Shown: one piece after another, positions 28,213 through 38,781 of the stretch
Position numbering within the stretch: position 1 is the first letter of the stretch
How the letters are laid out: every line of letters starts with the position of its first letter
NCBI GenBank assembly: GCA_033977065.1
Contig: JAXCHI010000002.1
Coordinates: 358,866-422,865, forward strand
Direction of reading: 5' to 3'
DNA length: 64,000 nucleotides
Origin: Candidatus Algichlamydia australiensis
GTDB taxonomy: Bacteria > Chlamydiota > Chlamydiia > Chlamydiales > JAJFMI01
Position numbers and translations under genes: made by a program
Notes under the pieces: generated by a model
Told to the model about the DNA's origin: nothing
Database searches by the model: none
Seen by the model: the letters and a program-made list of their open reading frames with translations, nothing else

Positions 28213-30317
28213 ACTTCAAGTTCGCTCTCTTCGTAATCCTCCATCAAGTTGGCGCTTCTAGTGAGTTTCTTTTTCGGAGATTTGTTATGCGCGCGCCACT
28301 CCTTGAAAGCTTCACGTACCTTTGACTCTAGTATTTTTTCACTTTTTCCGTCGATACGTATCATAAATGAGAGAACTTGAAAGAGGGTAAAGTTGTGTGC
28401 TGTAGATACAAGATCCCCTTCAAGTTTTAATTTTTCAATTGGAGGGATGATGAAGTCTCGAATATTTTCTTTAGGTGCAGCCACAATTGTCATGTAGTAG
28501 GAATGGTGGATTTCTTTGCGCACCATGGGAATTGCTTCTGAAGAGTTGGAGCGCACCACGGAATGAAAAAACTTAAAAAATGTTTTTATGACAGCTGGGG
28601 GGAGAACAGTCTGCATATAGGTGGGGTTAAGAGAGTAAAAGAAAGGCTCAAAAAGAAAGTGAGTGGGAACATCCTCTTCATCAAAGAGTTTTTTTACTCG
28701 AGAAAGAGCGTCTACTTGTTTCGCTACAAGTGTTCCATTTGAGTCTCGAACTTCTCCGAAAATTTTAATTAATAACTCAATTACACCCTGTCTTGCGCGG
28801 TAGACATCGGAGGAGAGCTCTGTTGAGTATTTTTTCGCATCCATAGCAATGTCAAAGATGATCGCCTCTTTGGTGTGCTTTTTGCGGATAAGTCCCACTT
28901 TGTGCACATCAACTTTTTCAAGGCGAACAAAATCTTCGCGATGCTCTTCGAGCAGCTCTCGTATAGATCTATGTTCTGATTTCACAACCCGGACAAGAAG
29001 TACTGTAAAAATCAAGTTATTGCGATCAGATTTAAAGTAATTTACAGATACTTGGGGAGGGTCATTAACAGTACGCAGTTGTCTTGCTAGGTGAACAATA
29101 TTTTTAAAGGCGTCTTCTTCGTTGCGATGCCAACGAATTTTATGGTGGTAAAAGAGGCGCTCTTTTATTTCTGCGGGTAGCATTTTGCGAAGTGTCCACA
29201 TCTCTAAATCTGTAAAGGGTTGGCCATTATTTTTACAGACCTCGATATACATCAATTTAAAACGCTCACCGAGTCGACGGTGCTCGTAGTAGGACTCTTC
29301 TACTTTTACAGCGTTTGGAAGCCAGATGCGAATAATCTCAGCAAGGCGCTCTTCTTCAAGAGGAATGTTTGTTGGAAGAAGGTTGTGTCCAATGCAGATG
29401 GCCATGACAGAGCGATGGTCCGGATCGGGGAGAACGACTTGAAATGTTCGCAAAGCGAAGTGTTGATCATCGGGGCTCTCCTCATGCTCCTGCAAAAGAG
29501 TTTTACGAAAAAGATGAAAGTAACAGAGGATGCGTATGATATGTTTCGGAGCTCTTGCATATACAAATTTTTCTGCAAAGAGAAGAAGATGGCGTTTTGT
29601 CTCCTTAAATAGGGTGTGGTCATTAGGATTTGACATCTCCATAATTCGCGCAATCCCAGCGCGGATTTCATCGACACGCACCTCTCCAATCGCTGCAGAC
29701 ATTGAATCTTGTAAAAGTTTGTGTACGTGTGCTCCTACCTCCGAAGGAAACTCTTCGATTACTTGTCCAAGTCTCTCTTTTAGTAATTCGACACGCTCAT
29801 CAAAAGTTAAGTCGGGAATTTTGACAATCGTCCGCGTCTGATCTACAGCAATTAAGTTTGTACGAATTTCCTTCCCGACAATTGGGCTGTTATGCGCAAT
29901 ATTTTTTATAGTTTTTTCCCCGGGAGCTTCCACAGTTAGTTCTTTAACAAAGAAAACTCTATTTGGAAAATTTACAAAAATAAAATTGTAGCTAAAGGCT
30001 GTGGTAACAGGAAGGACTTGTCCAGGTAAGACCCAACGACTACAAATTTCTGTTACGTAGCGACCAAGGCCTTTGCACTGGTCAAGAGGAACAATAAAAG
30101 AGAAGTGTGTTGAGGGGATCGCATCTTCAGAGTAGACAATATGAACAAGGGGCATTGTCTCCAAAATACGATCAAAAATCGTATCGGGATCTCCCTCCAT
30201 TATTTTTTTAAGGGGAAGAGCTTCTCCGACAATGCGCTCGATCTGCGGACTAAAATCACGATCCTCGAAAATCTTAGGGAGCTGCTGCTTGATTCGTAAG
30301 ATTTCGGGATATTTCAT
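28209..30317 (-). CDS. Large conserved hypothetical protein co-transcribed with oppA
   Basis: 702-aa ORF starting 4 bp after the oppA stop; ATGA overlap with the next gene. Confidence 0.75.
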   Translation of the reverse strand: MKYPEILRIKQQLPKIFEDRDFSPQIERIVGEALPLKKIMEGDPDTIFDRILETMPLVHIVYSEDAIPSTHFSFIVPLDQCKGLGRYVTEICSRWVLPGQVLPVTTAFSYNFIFVNFPNRVFFVKELTVEAPGEKTIKNIAHNSPIVGKEIRTNLIAVDQTRTIVKIPDLTFDERVELLKERLGQVIEEFPSEVGAHVHKLLQDSMSAAIGEVRVDEIRAGIARIMEMSNPNDHTLFKETKRHLLLFAEKFVYARAPKHIIRILCYFHLFRKTLLQEHEESPDDQHFALRTFQVVLPDPDHRSVMAICIGHNLLPTNIPLEEERLAEIIRIWLPNAVKVEESYYEHRRLGERFKLMYIEVCKNNGQPFTDLEMWTLRKMLPAEIKERLFYHHKIRWHRNEEDAFKNIVHLARQLRTVNDPPQVSVNYFKSDRNNLIFTVLLVRVVKSEHRSIRELLEEHREDFVRLEKVDVHKVGLIRKKHTKEAIIFDIAMDAKKYSTELSSDVYRARQGVIELLIKIFGEVRDSNGTLVAKQVDALSRVKKLFDEEDVPTHFLFEPFFYSLNPTYMQTVLPPAVIKTFFKFFHSVVRSNSSEAIPMVRKEIHHSYYMTIVAAPKENIRDFIIPPIEKLKLEGDLVSTAHNFTLFQVLSFMIRIDGKSEKILESKVREAFKEWRAHNKSPKKKLTRSANLMEDYEESELEV

Positions 30318-30321
30318 CTCT

Positions 30322-31860
30322 TTACTTTACCTCAATATCGCTACACTGCGGCGGGCTAGTGGAGCAGATGTAAAAGTCATTTATTTTTGGATTCAAAAGA
30401 TAGTAGTCGCTCCAGTGAAAGAGTGAGTATACAGGAACTTCTTCACTCATGACTTCTTCTGCCCTATCTAGAAGTTTGGATCGCTCTTCAGATGTTTTTG
30501 CATAAGCTGAAGCTTCCAAGCACTCTATAAATTCAGGGGATTCCCATCCTGGAATATTCATAGCTGAGTTTTTATGTTTAAAAGGATCCAAAATATTGAT
30601 GGGGTCGTTGTATTGTGCAATCCATTTTCCATGTGCTGTAACATAGTTGCGTGAACGAATTTTTTTAAGGTAGTGCTTAAAGTCCAGTCCCTCAAGAACT
30701 ACAGTAATACCTAGTTTTTCGCGTAATTGCTCTTGGATAACTTGCACAACTTTATCATGCATCTCGCTAATTGCATAGAGAAGAGGAATTTCTGGAAGAG
30801 ATTCAAGTCCCTCTTCTCTTAGACCCTCTTCAAAAATAGCTCTAGCATCACCTGCAATGTTAGCAGGGTAGGTAGAATCTTCTGACTTGAGAAGCGGAGG
30901 AACTACGCCAGTTGCTACCTTAGCAGGAAGGGGCGCAAGAGCCTGTACAATGGCTTCACGATCAATGGCAAGCGAGATTCCCTTACGAATTTTTTTATTG
31001 TGGAAGGGAGGAATCCTGTTATTGAAATAGAAGCGCGCTGTTGCCGGGAAAGGTTTTAGCCGCGCCTTGTTTTCCTGAATGTAGTGTCCTACTAAGTCTA
31101 TGGGGAGTTGACACATCACGCCACCAACGAAGTCGAGCTCACCTTGTTCAAACATTTTTAAGGCTGTACTCTCACTCTCTACCACAAAAAGTTTTAGAGT
31201 GTCGACTTGGATCTTCTCTTGGTTGTGAAACTTGGGGTTTGCTTTTAAAACAAGCTGGTCATTGTGAAGCCATGTCTTGAGAAGAAAGGGACCGCTTGTA
31301 AGAAATCCTCCATTTGAATGAATTTTCATTGGAAAGAAGGTGCAAAATGAAGTGAGTCGTAAGAAATAAGGAGTGGGGCGGTTTAATGTAATTTTTAGTG
31401 TACGCTCATCAAGTGCAGAGATTCCCACTTCACTTGGATCACACTTACCCTCTTTCATTTCGCGGGCGTTTTTTATCGGATAGAGAAGAGGTGCATTTGG
31501 TGCGGGGAAGGTTGGAGCAAGAATCTCTTTCCAGCTACGCGCAAAGTCTTCTGCTGTAATCAATGAGCCGTCTGACCAGTAACCCTCTCTCAGAGTAAAA
31601 GTATATTCTGTACCATCTTCTGAGATGGAAATCTCTTCAGCAAGATCATTTTCTACTTTGTTATCTTTCGAGATGTGGGTCAATCCTGAATAGAGTAAAA
31701 AATGCAGAGCTGAGGAGGTCGTGTCTCCACTTTTTCGTGTATCTAGTGTTGGCGGGTTTTGGTTCAGAGCGATGCGAATCGTCTTTCCGCAATTTTTATC
31801 ACTGCTAGAGCAACCAGCAAAAAAGAGTGCTATGACTAAGAAAAAGTTTAAAATTTTCAT
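30322..31860 (-). CDS. oppA: Peptide ABC transporter substrate-binding lipoprotein (OppA family)
   Basis: Lipobox FAGC; PPTLD, YTFTLR...WSDG..ITAEDF, SGPF, AIDRE. Confidence 0.88.
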   Translation of the reverse strand: MKILNFFLVIALFFAGCSSSDKNCGKTIRIALNQNPPTLDTRKSGDTTSSALHFLLYSGLTHISKDNKVENDLAEEISISEDGTEYTFTLREGYWSDGSLITAEDFARSWKEILAPTFPAPNAPLLYPIKNAREMKEGKCDPSEVGISALDERTLKITLNRPTPYFLRLTSFCTFFPMKIHSNGGFLTSGPFLLKTWLHNDQLVLKANPKFHNQEKIQVDTLKLFVVESESTALKMFEQGELDFVGGVMCQLPIDLVGHYIQENKARLKPFPATARFYFNNRIPPFHNKKIRKGISLAIDREAIVQALAPLPAKVATGVVPPLLKSEDSTYPANIAGDARAIFEEGLREEGLESLPEIPLLYAISEMHDKVVQVIQEQLREKLGITVVLEGLDFKHYLKKIRSRNYVTAHGKWIAQYNDPINILDPFKHKNSAMNIPGWESPEFIECLEASAYAKTSEERSKLLDRAEEVMSEEVPVYSLFHWSDYYLLNPKINDFYICSTSPPQCSDIEVK

Positions 31861-31928
31861 ACTTGACCTTAAGGGTTTAAGTTGAATATATTGAACTCCG
31901 TTTAAATTGAAAACAAAAAACGATTAAG

Positions 31929-32486
31929 ATGCAAAAAGTGTTAGGTGGATGCTTTGAGTGGCTTGGATTAATAGAGAGGCCTGTTTCCAAGGAAGAGTCG
32001 GATGTTTATATTGAAGCTCAATGCGACGCATGGGATAAGGCAGAGCCAACTGCAAATATTCGTATAAACTATTGGAAAATTGAAGAATTTGCCTCTCCAT
32101 ATATAGGGAGTTTTATTACTTCAGAAATAGCGATTTTCGATAAAAACACTCGTAATAGTTTTAATTTTGCAGAAAAACATAGAGTGATTTATTCTCTGGC
32201 TGGGCTCTCTTATGTGAATCCTAATGAGTTTGCTCAAACATGGAAAAACTTGATCGCCTCTTTAGAGGATGGTGGAACACTTGTCGTGACTTTTCCCTAC
32301 GATCACTTTCAGCCGTATGATAGGATAAGGAAGGAAACTACAAAAACTTGGAATGTCAAAAACCTCATGCACGTTCGTACGATTTTAAAAGGTGTGGGAG
32401 ACATTCTCTATTGTGAATATGGAAGACCAACAGGGAGAGCAAGAGAAGTTCAATGTGTGGTCAAACGTCGGGTACCAGGCCCATGA
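31929..32486 (+). CDS. Hypothetical protein, possibly a degenerate class I methyltransferase fold
   Basis: SLAGLSYV...WKNLIASLEDGGTLVVTF resembles methyltransferase motifs II-III; motif I not evident. Confidence 0.5.
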   Translation: MQKVLGGCFEWLGLIERPVSKEESDVYIEAQCDAWDKAEPTANIRINYWKIEEFASPYIGSFITSEIAIFDKNTRNSFNFAEKHRVIYSLAGLSYVNPNEFAQTWKNLIASLEDGGTLVVTFPYDHFQPYDRIRKETTKTWNVKNLMHVRTILKGVGDILYCEYGRPTGRAREVQCVVKRRVPGP

Positions 32487-33343
32487 TCCGGAGTGTCATA
32501 AAAAGAAGTGAGCTGGCTCTCCACATGTGGGATAATCTCGGGATAGTTCTCTTCTAGCCACGGCATCACCTTGGCACGAATTTTCAAAATCTCTTTTGTA
32601 TAAAAACGCCTCTTATCACGACTTTTGTTGGGAGAAAAGCCCACCGCATCAACTTGCACGGCTTGTCCATCAATAAACCCGAAGTTGTGAATCAGGTGGG
32701 GATCTTTGTCATTGAATCCTAAAAGCGCGCGTTTTTCCGAAATATCGAGAAGGGCATCAAGAGCAAGCTTGGCCTCTTCGTGAGCGCCTTTCTTGCGCAG
32801 AGATAGAAGATATTGTGGAACAGAGGTTGCGCACTTTTGCAGATGAAATTGGGTGCTGTTGAGGTCGAGGTAGTGATGAATATTTAGCTTATCAACAAGG
32901 TGTGCTTTCAGTGCGGGATCTTCTGTTTTCCCCAAGTGAACATAAAATACGCGCGTCTCATCTCGAAACTCTTTATGACTAAATAAACAGCTGGTGAGGG
33001 TGTCATGAAAGGATTCAATCCTTTTAAGTTTTCGCTTTTTGTCGAAAAGAGAGGCAATATTGCCAAAGCGGTGGTTTTTAAATAATTTCAGTATGGTCTG
33101 TTTGTCTTCGCTTAAAAAGACATAGCACTGCGAGCCGCTGGAGAGGTATGTAAAGGGTTGGGTAAAAATCTCTTTCAAAGCTGCTTCACAACTTGGTGTG
33201 ACATAGGCGGGTTCAAATGTGAAGTCGGAGCGTACGCGCGTTAATGTAAAACCATCAGTTGCCGCATGGCAAAGGCGCTCTACTCCAAAAATGAGGGCGG
33301 CTGAGCTAATAAAAAATAGAGTATTACGGAAAAATTTCTTCAT
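32450..33343 (-). CDS. Kinase-like family protein, paralog 2
   Basis: YLSSGSQCYVF...TILKLFK; GFNDKDPHLIHNFG; QVDAVG; N-terminal TM anchor. Confidence 0.65.
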   Translation of the reverse strand: MKKFFRNTLFFISSAALIFGVERLCHAATDGFTLTRVRSDFTFEPAYVTPSCEAALKEIFTQPFTYLSSGSQCYVFLSEDKQTILKLFKNHRFGNIASLFDKKRKLKRIESFHDTLTSCLFSHKEFRDETRVFYVHLGKTEDPALKAHLVDKLNIHHYLDLNSTQFHLQKCATSVPQYLLSLRKKGAHEEAKLALDALLDISEKRALLGFNDKDPHLIHNFGFIDGQAVQVDAVGFSPNKSRDKRRFYTKEILKIRAKVMPWLEENYPEIIPHVESQLTSFYDTPDHGPGTRRLTTH

Positions 33344-34160
33344 AAATAGGGGGAAATAGTTGGGGGAATTGTGCAGCTAGTGGACGTGTAATTCTGTAAA
33401 GTTCTTCTGGGTCATCAACTCTATTTTTTGAAAAACGTCCAATATCAATTTGCACAAGTTTGCCCTCGACAATTCCAAAGTTCGTTTTAAAGTCAGGATC
33501 TTTATCAAATATTCCTTTTGCAATCCGCTTCTGTGTAAGAAGTAGGGCGTCACGCAGGAGTTTTTCTGCTTTGTACTTTTCGTCTTGCGCCATGAATTTT
33601 TCTATCTCTTCATACGCAAGCTTCCCTCTTTTTTGAAGAACAAACTCAAACTGATTGGGGTCAATTCTATGCAAAATTCCGATTTTATCTTTTAGGGTAA
33701 TAGGAGAGAGAAGGTCATCTGTCTTATTGAGGTGGAGGGCAATGAGCGCTGTCTCTTCTTTTAGATTATCATATGCAATCTTCATACTGGAAAAGGTCGC
33801 TTCCTGGAGAGCTCTTTTTTTCTCTATTTTTTTCGACCGATAGGCATCTAATTGTGAGGGTAGGGGGATCTTCTCTAAAAGAGGAGGGATACGCATATGC
33901 TGATGTTTGAAAAATTTTAGTACGTATTTTCCATCTGCACTTGCAAAGACGTAGCATTGGGCGCCGCATGAGAGATAGGAAAACTCCTGTTTTAAGATCT
34001 CTTCCCAGCCCGCAGGGTTTTCAACCTCCCACTTAGAATTAGATCTTAATGGAGAAGTGATGTTGACAAGAGCAAAGCCATCCGTTTTGGCATGAGCAAA
34101 GCGCTCAACCCCCCAAAAAAGTGGTAGTGAAAAAATAAGAATCACTATTTTTTTCTTCAT
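33324..34160 (-). CDS. Kinase-like family protein, paralog 1
   Basis: YLSCGAQCYVF...YVLKFFK; GIFDKDPDFKTNFG; QIDIG; N-terminal TM anchor. Confidence 0.65.
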   Translation of the reverse strand: MKKKIVILIFSLPLFWGVERFAHAKTDGFALVNITSPLRSNSKWEVENPAGWEEILKQEFSYLSCGAQCYVFASADGKYVLKFFKHQHMRIPPLLEKIPLPSQLDAYRSKKIEKKRALQEATFSSMKIAYDNLKEETALIALHLNKTDDLLSPITLKDKIGILHRIDPNQFEFVLQKRGKLAYEEIEKFMAQDEKYKAEKLLRDALLLTQKRIAKGIFDKDPDFKTNFGIVEGKLVQIDIGRFSKNRVDDPEELYRITRPLAAQFPQLFPPIYEEIFP

Positions 34161-34201
34161 TACACTTTCTAGTATACAGCATAGCTGATATATCCGGACA
34201 T

Positions 34202-35695
34202 ATGAACAGGTCGACTACGATTCTCTCTCTTATTGCAATTGCAACTGCGACTTCTATGGTCTTTTTAGATGTGACCATCATTCCTGTGGCACTTCCAACC
34301 ATTGTCAAGGAGTTGCGAATTTCACAGACAGATGCGCAGTGGATCATCAACAGTTACTTGCTTGCTGTTGCTACGCTTGTCTTTGTGGGTGGCAAGCTTG
34401 GAGACTTTTGGGGACATCGCAAAATTTTGTGCATAGGACTTCTTGTTTTTGCGATCGCTTCTGCTATTGGAGGGATGGCGACAAGTGGTCATTGGTTGAT
34501 CATCAGTCGCTCCATACAAGGAGTAGGCGGAGCTATGATGGGACCTGCAGCGCTCTCTCTTATCATTGATACCTTTCCGGAGCATTTGCGGGGTCGCTAC
34601 CTGGGAATTGTTGTGGGATTTAGCTCTCTTTTTCTTACCCTTGGGCCCTTTATTGGGGGAGCATTTACACAATTTTTTTCTTGGCGCTGGCTCTTTTGGA
34701 TCAATCTCCCTATCGCCATTACAGGAACGACTCTTGCTCTGATCTTTATTCCTAGGTCAAAGAGAGTAAAGGTCTCTTTTGATCTTATTGGGACTTTTAC
34801 ATTTTGTGGCGCTCTTATCACCCTTGTTTTAGCCTTAATGCAGGGCAAGAGTTGGGGGTGGACATCGCGAGGAGTGATCGCACTTTTTGGCCTCTCCCTT
34901 CTCTTCACTTCTATACTTGTTATTACAGAGCTTAAAGCAAAAAAACCTTTTTTTGATCGTAAACTCTTTTCCATTCGTAGGTTTTGTGGTGGAAATCTTG
35001 TGATTCTGCTTACCCAGTTTCTGCTTACGATGACCATTTTTTGGGCGATCTATTTTCAGGAGACTTTAGACTATACCCCCATGCAAGCGGGTTCAATGAC
35101 ACTGTTTGCTACCTTCCCACTTCTGATTTTTGCTCCAATGGCTGGGCATCTTGTTGACCGTTTTGGACCAAGGCTCCCCATGGCTATAGGATTCATTTTA
35201 ATGACTTTTGGATTGATCTGGTTTTTCTTCTTTTTAAATCAAGGTGAGGCGCTCTTGATTGTGCCCTCTCTTTTAACATTTGGAGCGGGAATTGCGCTTG
35301 TTATGACTCCCAACTCTACAGCTACACTCTCTTCAGTTCCTGAAGGAAAGAGGGGAGAAGCATCGGGAATTTATAATACGATGCGCTATGTTGGAGCGAC
35401 GCTTGGTGTTGCGGTGCTTGGAGCGTTAGTCACAAACCTTGGACACTTCTTATTTGTTCGAGGGCTCGATCAATTAGCAGCGAGCAGAGGTGTTAACCCT
35501 CAGCAGTTTGCACAATTAACAACAGAAATGCACCCCTCAATGGTTGAAATAGAGAGCCCTTTTCGAAGTGAGGTCATTGCAACTTATCTAAGAGCAAACT
35601 ATTTTAGTTATTCTATTGCAACTTTATTTGCTGCTTTGATTTCTGTTATTGCCCTAGTTATTACTTTTGTGTATTTTAAAAATAAAAAACGATGA
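34202..35695 (+). CDS. MFS transporter, DHA2 (EmrB/QacA) family
   Basis: LDVTIIPVALPTI, WIINSYLL, GKLGDFWG, WRWLFWINLP; 14-TM pattern. Confidence 0.9.
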   Translation: MNRSTTILSLIAIATATSMVFLDVTIIPVALPTIVKELRISQTDAQWIINSYLLAVATLVFVGGKLGDFWGHRKILCIGLLVFAIASAIGGMATSGHWLIISRSIQGVGGAMMGPAALSLIIDTFPEHLRGRYLGIVVGFSSLFLTLGPFIGGAFTQFFSWRWLFWINLPIAITGTTLALIFIPRSKRVKVSFDLIGTFTFCGALITLVLALMQGKSWGWTSRGVIALFGLSLLFTSILVITELKAKKPFFDRKLFSIRRFCGGNLVILLTQFLLTMTIFWAIYFQETLDYTPMQAGSMTLFATFPLLIFAPMAGHLVDRFGPRLPMAIGFILMTFGLIWFFFFLNQGEALLIVPSLLTFGAGIALVMTPNSTATLSSVPEGKRGEASGIYNTMRYVGATLGVAVLGALVTNLGHFLFVRGLDQLAASRGVNPQQFAQLTTEMHPSMVEIESPFRSEVIATYLRANYFSYSIATLFAALISVIALVITFVYFKNKKR

Positions 35696-36477
35696 AGATT
35701 GCATTATCAATATTAGCACTGCCAGCTTTAATTTTAGCACAAACGATTCAGGTTGTGCCTGTTGCCCCCACTCCATTTCCTGAACAAGTAGAAACACGCA
35801 TTGTATTTCCAAAGCCGGGTGAAGTTGAGCGTCGTCAACCCCTCTCAATTCAAGTGCGAATTGATGGTTTTTCTCTTGGAGCTGCGAGCCAATTCCCCCG
35901 CGCAAACGTGTTACAAAACGATCCCAAAGGGCAATCTCTCCATGTAGTTGTAGATGATAATCCCTACCTCTCTCATTACCAGGCTTCTGAAGACTCCTTT
36001 GATGAAGATCGCTCATTTTATGATAAGACCGTAACATTTAAGCTCCCTGAAAATTTAAAAGCGGGCCAGCATGTTTTACGAATTTTTCCAGTTCGCTCTT
36101 TTGGTGAATCGATTAAAGCAAAAAAAGCCTTAGCAACTCGCATCTTCTATGTCGGTGCAAAAACTCCAACAATTGACTTTGACCCGACCAAACCATTTCT
36201 GACTTATAACGCTCCGCAAGGGAGCTATTCAGCAGCAAAATCAGACCCCATTCTTCTTGATTTTGAGGTAACAAACGCCAGACTTTCTCAAGATGGGTAT
36301 AAGATTCGCCTCTCTGTCGATGATAAAGAGATCGAGACTCTCACTATGTGGGTGCCCTACTATCTCTATAATGTGCCTAAAGGAACGCATAAAGTGCGTT
36401 TAGAGCTTTTAGACCCTAATAATCAGAAGGTTCCGGGTTTATTTAACGATACTACACGTGAAATTACTGTTAATTAA
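35692..36477 (+). CDS. Exported beta-rich hypothetical protein
   Basis: Signal peptide, two beta-sandwich-like halves (G.H.LR..., GTHKVRLELLD); ATGA overlap. Confidence 0.75.
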   Translation: MKIALSILALPALILAQTIQVVPVAPTPFPEQVETRIVFPKPGEVERRQPLSIQVRIDGFSLGAASQFPRANVLQNDPKGQSLHVVVDDNPYLSHYQASEDSFDEDRSFYDKTVTFKLPENLKAGQHVLRIFPVRSFGESIKAKKALATRIFYVGAKTPTIDFDPTKPFLTYNAPQGSYSAAKSDPILLDFEVTNARLSQDGYKIRLSVDDKEIETLTMWVPYYLYNVPKGTHKVRLELLDPNNQKVPGLFNDTTREITVN

Positions 36478-36539
36478 CTTGTAATAATAATTAATATTAT
36501 TAAATAATGTTATTAGAGAACTAATAATATTGTTTTGTA

Positions 36540-38648
36540 ATGTCTAAAAAGCCAAAAAAAAGCGGAATGTCCGTAGCGGAAGCGGTAGAGAATCTCTCTA
36601 GCATGGCCGAAATGGATGAAAAAGCTCTTAAAGAAGAGCGCGCTCGCAAGGGCACAATTGATCCTTTTGAGAAACATCTTTGGCTTGATCTATCTGATGA
36701 AGAGAAGACCTATCAAACTGTAAAAGAGACATTTAATACAGTTCATCGCTATTTAAAGCGCGTCTACCGCGATGGCCACCGCGATGAAGAGACCCAGCGT
36801 GGGGTGCACGCTATCATGGAGCTTGCTGGTGAGGCAGTGACCAAGATGGATCGCTGCACAGGATTGTTTAAAAGTGCACATAAAGATGAAGATCTTACCG
36901 CTCTTCCCGAGTACCAAGACCTGCAGCGCTTCTACTATGAAAAAATTATGAAGCGTTTTGAGCGCGAACTTGTTGCAGAGGCTTCCTGGCAAGAAGAGTG
37001 GGGAGAGGGAGTAGAAGAAGACCTTACAGACATTGAGCGACGCGGCTTAAAAGAGCTTGAGCAAGTGCGAAAAGATCGCAAGTATGAACTCTTTTATATT
37101 CGCAAAGAAGATGGAAAACCCTTCTTTAATCGCAACCTTGTCCGACACATTCGGCTTGTGACCGATTTCGATGAGATGCTCATTGATAAGTATGGTGATG
37201 ACCCCTTAATTAAAATTCGTTCCATACAAGATCGCGACTGCCACCATTCGGCAAAAGAAATTTGTGAGGCGGCTGAAAAACCCATCCAGAAATTTTGCAA
37301 AGATGCTTTTAAATTCAAGGATTATTGGCTAGGGCGCTGCACACTAAAAGCTTACATGGCCCTGAATCTTGCTGCTAACCACCGCAATCTTCTCTCCAAT
37401 ACTTCGGGAAAGAGCTGTATTGGCTACTTTAAAGACTTTTTGGATTATCTTCGTGAAGCTGTCTCTTCCGTTGAGTATGTAAAACTTTTAGGACAATCAA
37501 AAGAGAATCTCGACGCCTTGCGCAGTTCAACCCTCAATCTTCTCCATCGCTTTTCTCACGCATTTTATACCCACATGGGCAAACGAGATGATGCAATTGG
37601 CTACATTTTCCAAATGATTTATCAGAGTGGTCGTCGCCGTAAAACAGAGTATCCGGTAAAGCCTCTCACGCTTTGGAATAATATTTTAGAAAATCACGAT
37701 GACATCCGTAATCTTTTGCGTAAGTATCCAAACGGGCCTCTTTTGCGCTTGATCGACCTTTTTGAAGAGCGCGAGCAGACGATCGGCTTTGATCCCATGT
37801 TTTTGGAAAACTATCCTTCACACCTTTTTGACTTTCAGCTAGGAAAAAAGAGAGTTTCCCTCCTTCGCATTCCTGCACCTGTTTATCAAGAGCAAATTGC
37901 CTCAGCAAAAATTTTAAACGAGTTCAAAGCCTTTCTTCGTGAGTGTGGTAAAAAGCGCTTGCTGCTCATCAATCTTCAAGACCGCACCTCATGGGAGGAG
38001 CACGGCAGAGCGGAAAGCATAGAAAAAGTGGCGCAAGATTTTCCTGAAAATCTGACCGTCATTACGCTGCCGAAAAACACTCCGTTCTATCAACAGATCG
38101 ATGAGTACCTGCACCTGGATAAAAGCAAAGAGTTTCTTTCCCTCTTGCTTGAACAGATAAAGGGAGGGGAGGAGTGTGGTTTTTACTTTCCTAAAAGCCT
38201 CGACCGCAAAGAACTTTTGCAGTTTGTAGAAAAGTTGCTCCCTTACATTCACAAAGCTTTTTTTGAAAAAAAAGCAGAACTGAATCGAAAAGAGCGACTC
38301 GACTTTGTTGAAATTACCTGGCAGTTTCTCATCATAAAACTTGTGGAGATGGTGGCGCCTGCTTACATGAGCTTTACCTGTAAAGATGCCATCGACGTGG
38401 GGCAGATTCAGACAATGCACTTCTACTCATTTTTAAAACTGATGAAGGAAAAAGAGTTTTCCGAAGAGGAGAATGACTTTATTCTCTGGATGGTCTTTGC
38501 GCCCGCACTTATCATCCGTAATCGTATTGTCGACATTCACCGCCTCAGCCGCGCGCTTAGCTCCCTCTCGCTCTTTTCGTCTGAGCTTGAGGGCAAAACG
38601 CGCAAAAAGTCTGAAGCAGTTAAGTTTTTCAAAGCCTCACTTCTTTAA
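36540..38648 (+). CDS. Conserved hypothetical protein (702 aa)
   Basis: Long clean ORF; C-terminal SFTCKDAIDVG loosely resembles a phosphatase CKxxxDR loop but lacks the Arg. Confidence 0.8.
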   Translation: MSKKPKKSGMSVAEAVENLSSMAEMDEKALKEERARKGTIDPFEKHLWLDLSDEEKTYQTVKETFNTVHRYLKRVYRDGHRDEETQRGVHAIMELAGEAVTKMDRCTGLFKSAHKDEDLTALPEYQDLQRFYYEKIMKRFERELVAEASWQEEWGEGVEEDLTDIERRGLKELEQVRKDRKYELFYIRKEDGKPFFNRNLVRHIRLVTDFDEMLIDKYGDDPLIKIRSIQDRDCHHSAKEICEAAEKPIQKFCKDAFKFKDYWLGRCTLKAYMALNLAANHRNLLSNTSGKSCIGYFKDFLDYLREAVSSVEYVKLLGQSKENLDALRSSTLNLLHRFSHAFYTHMGKRDDAIGYIFQMIYQSGRRRKTEYPVKPLTLWNNILENHDDIRNLLRKYPNGPLLRLIDLFEEREQTIGFDPMFLENYPSHLFDFQLGKKRVSLLRIPAPVYQEQIASAKILNEFKAFLRECGKKRLLLINLQDRTSWEEHGRAESIEKVAQDFPENLTVITLPKNTPFYQQIDEYLHLDKSKEFLSLLLEQIKGGEECGFYFPKSLDRKELLQFVEKLLPYIHKAFFEKKAELNRKERLDFVEITWQFLIIKLVEMVAPAYMSFTCKDAIDVGQIQTMHFYSFLKLMKEKEFSEEENDFILWMVFAPALIIRNRIVDIHRLSRALSSLSLFSSELEGKTRKKSEAVKFFKASLL

Positions 38649-38781
38649 AAAAGTTAATGAGGACCGGGAATATTATATTTTGAAAAAGATAAACTTGATT
38701 CAGTACTTAGACTAGCGACAGATGTTATTAGATCTCTCTGCATTTCAAGAATTTTTAAGATAGTCTTTTCCATTTCAGCTT

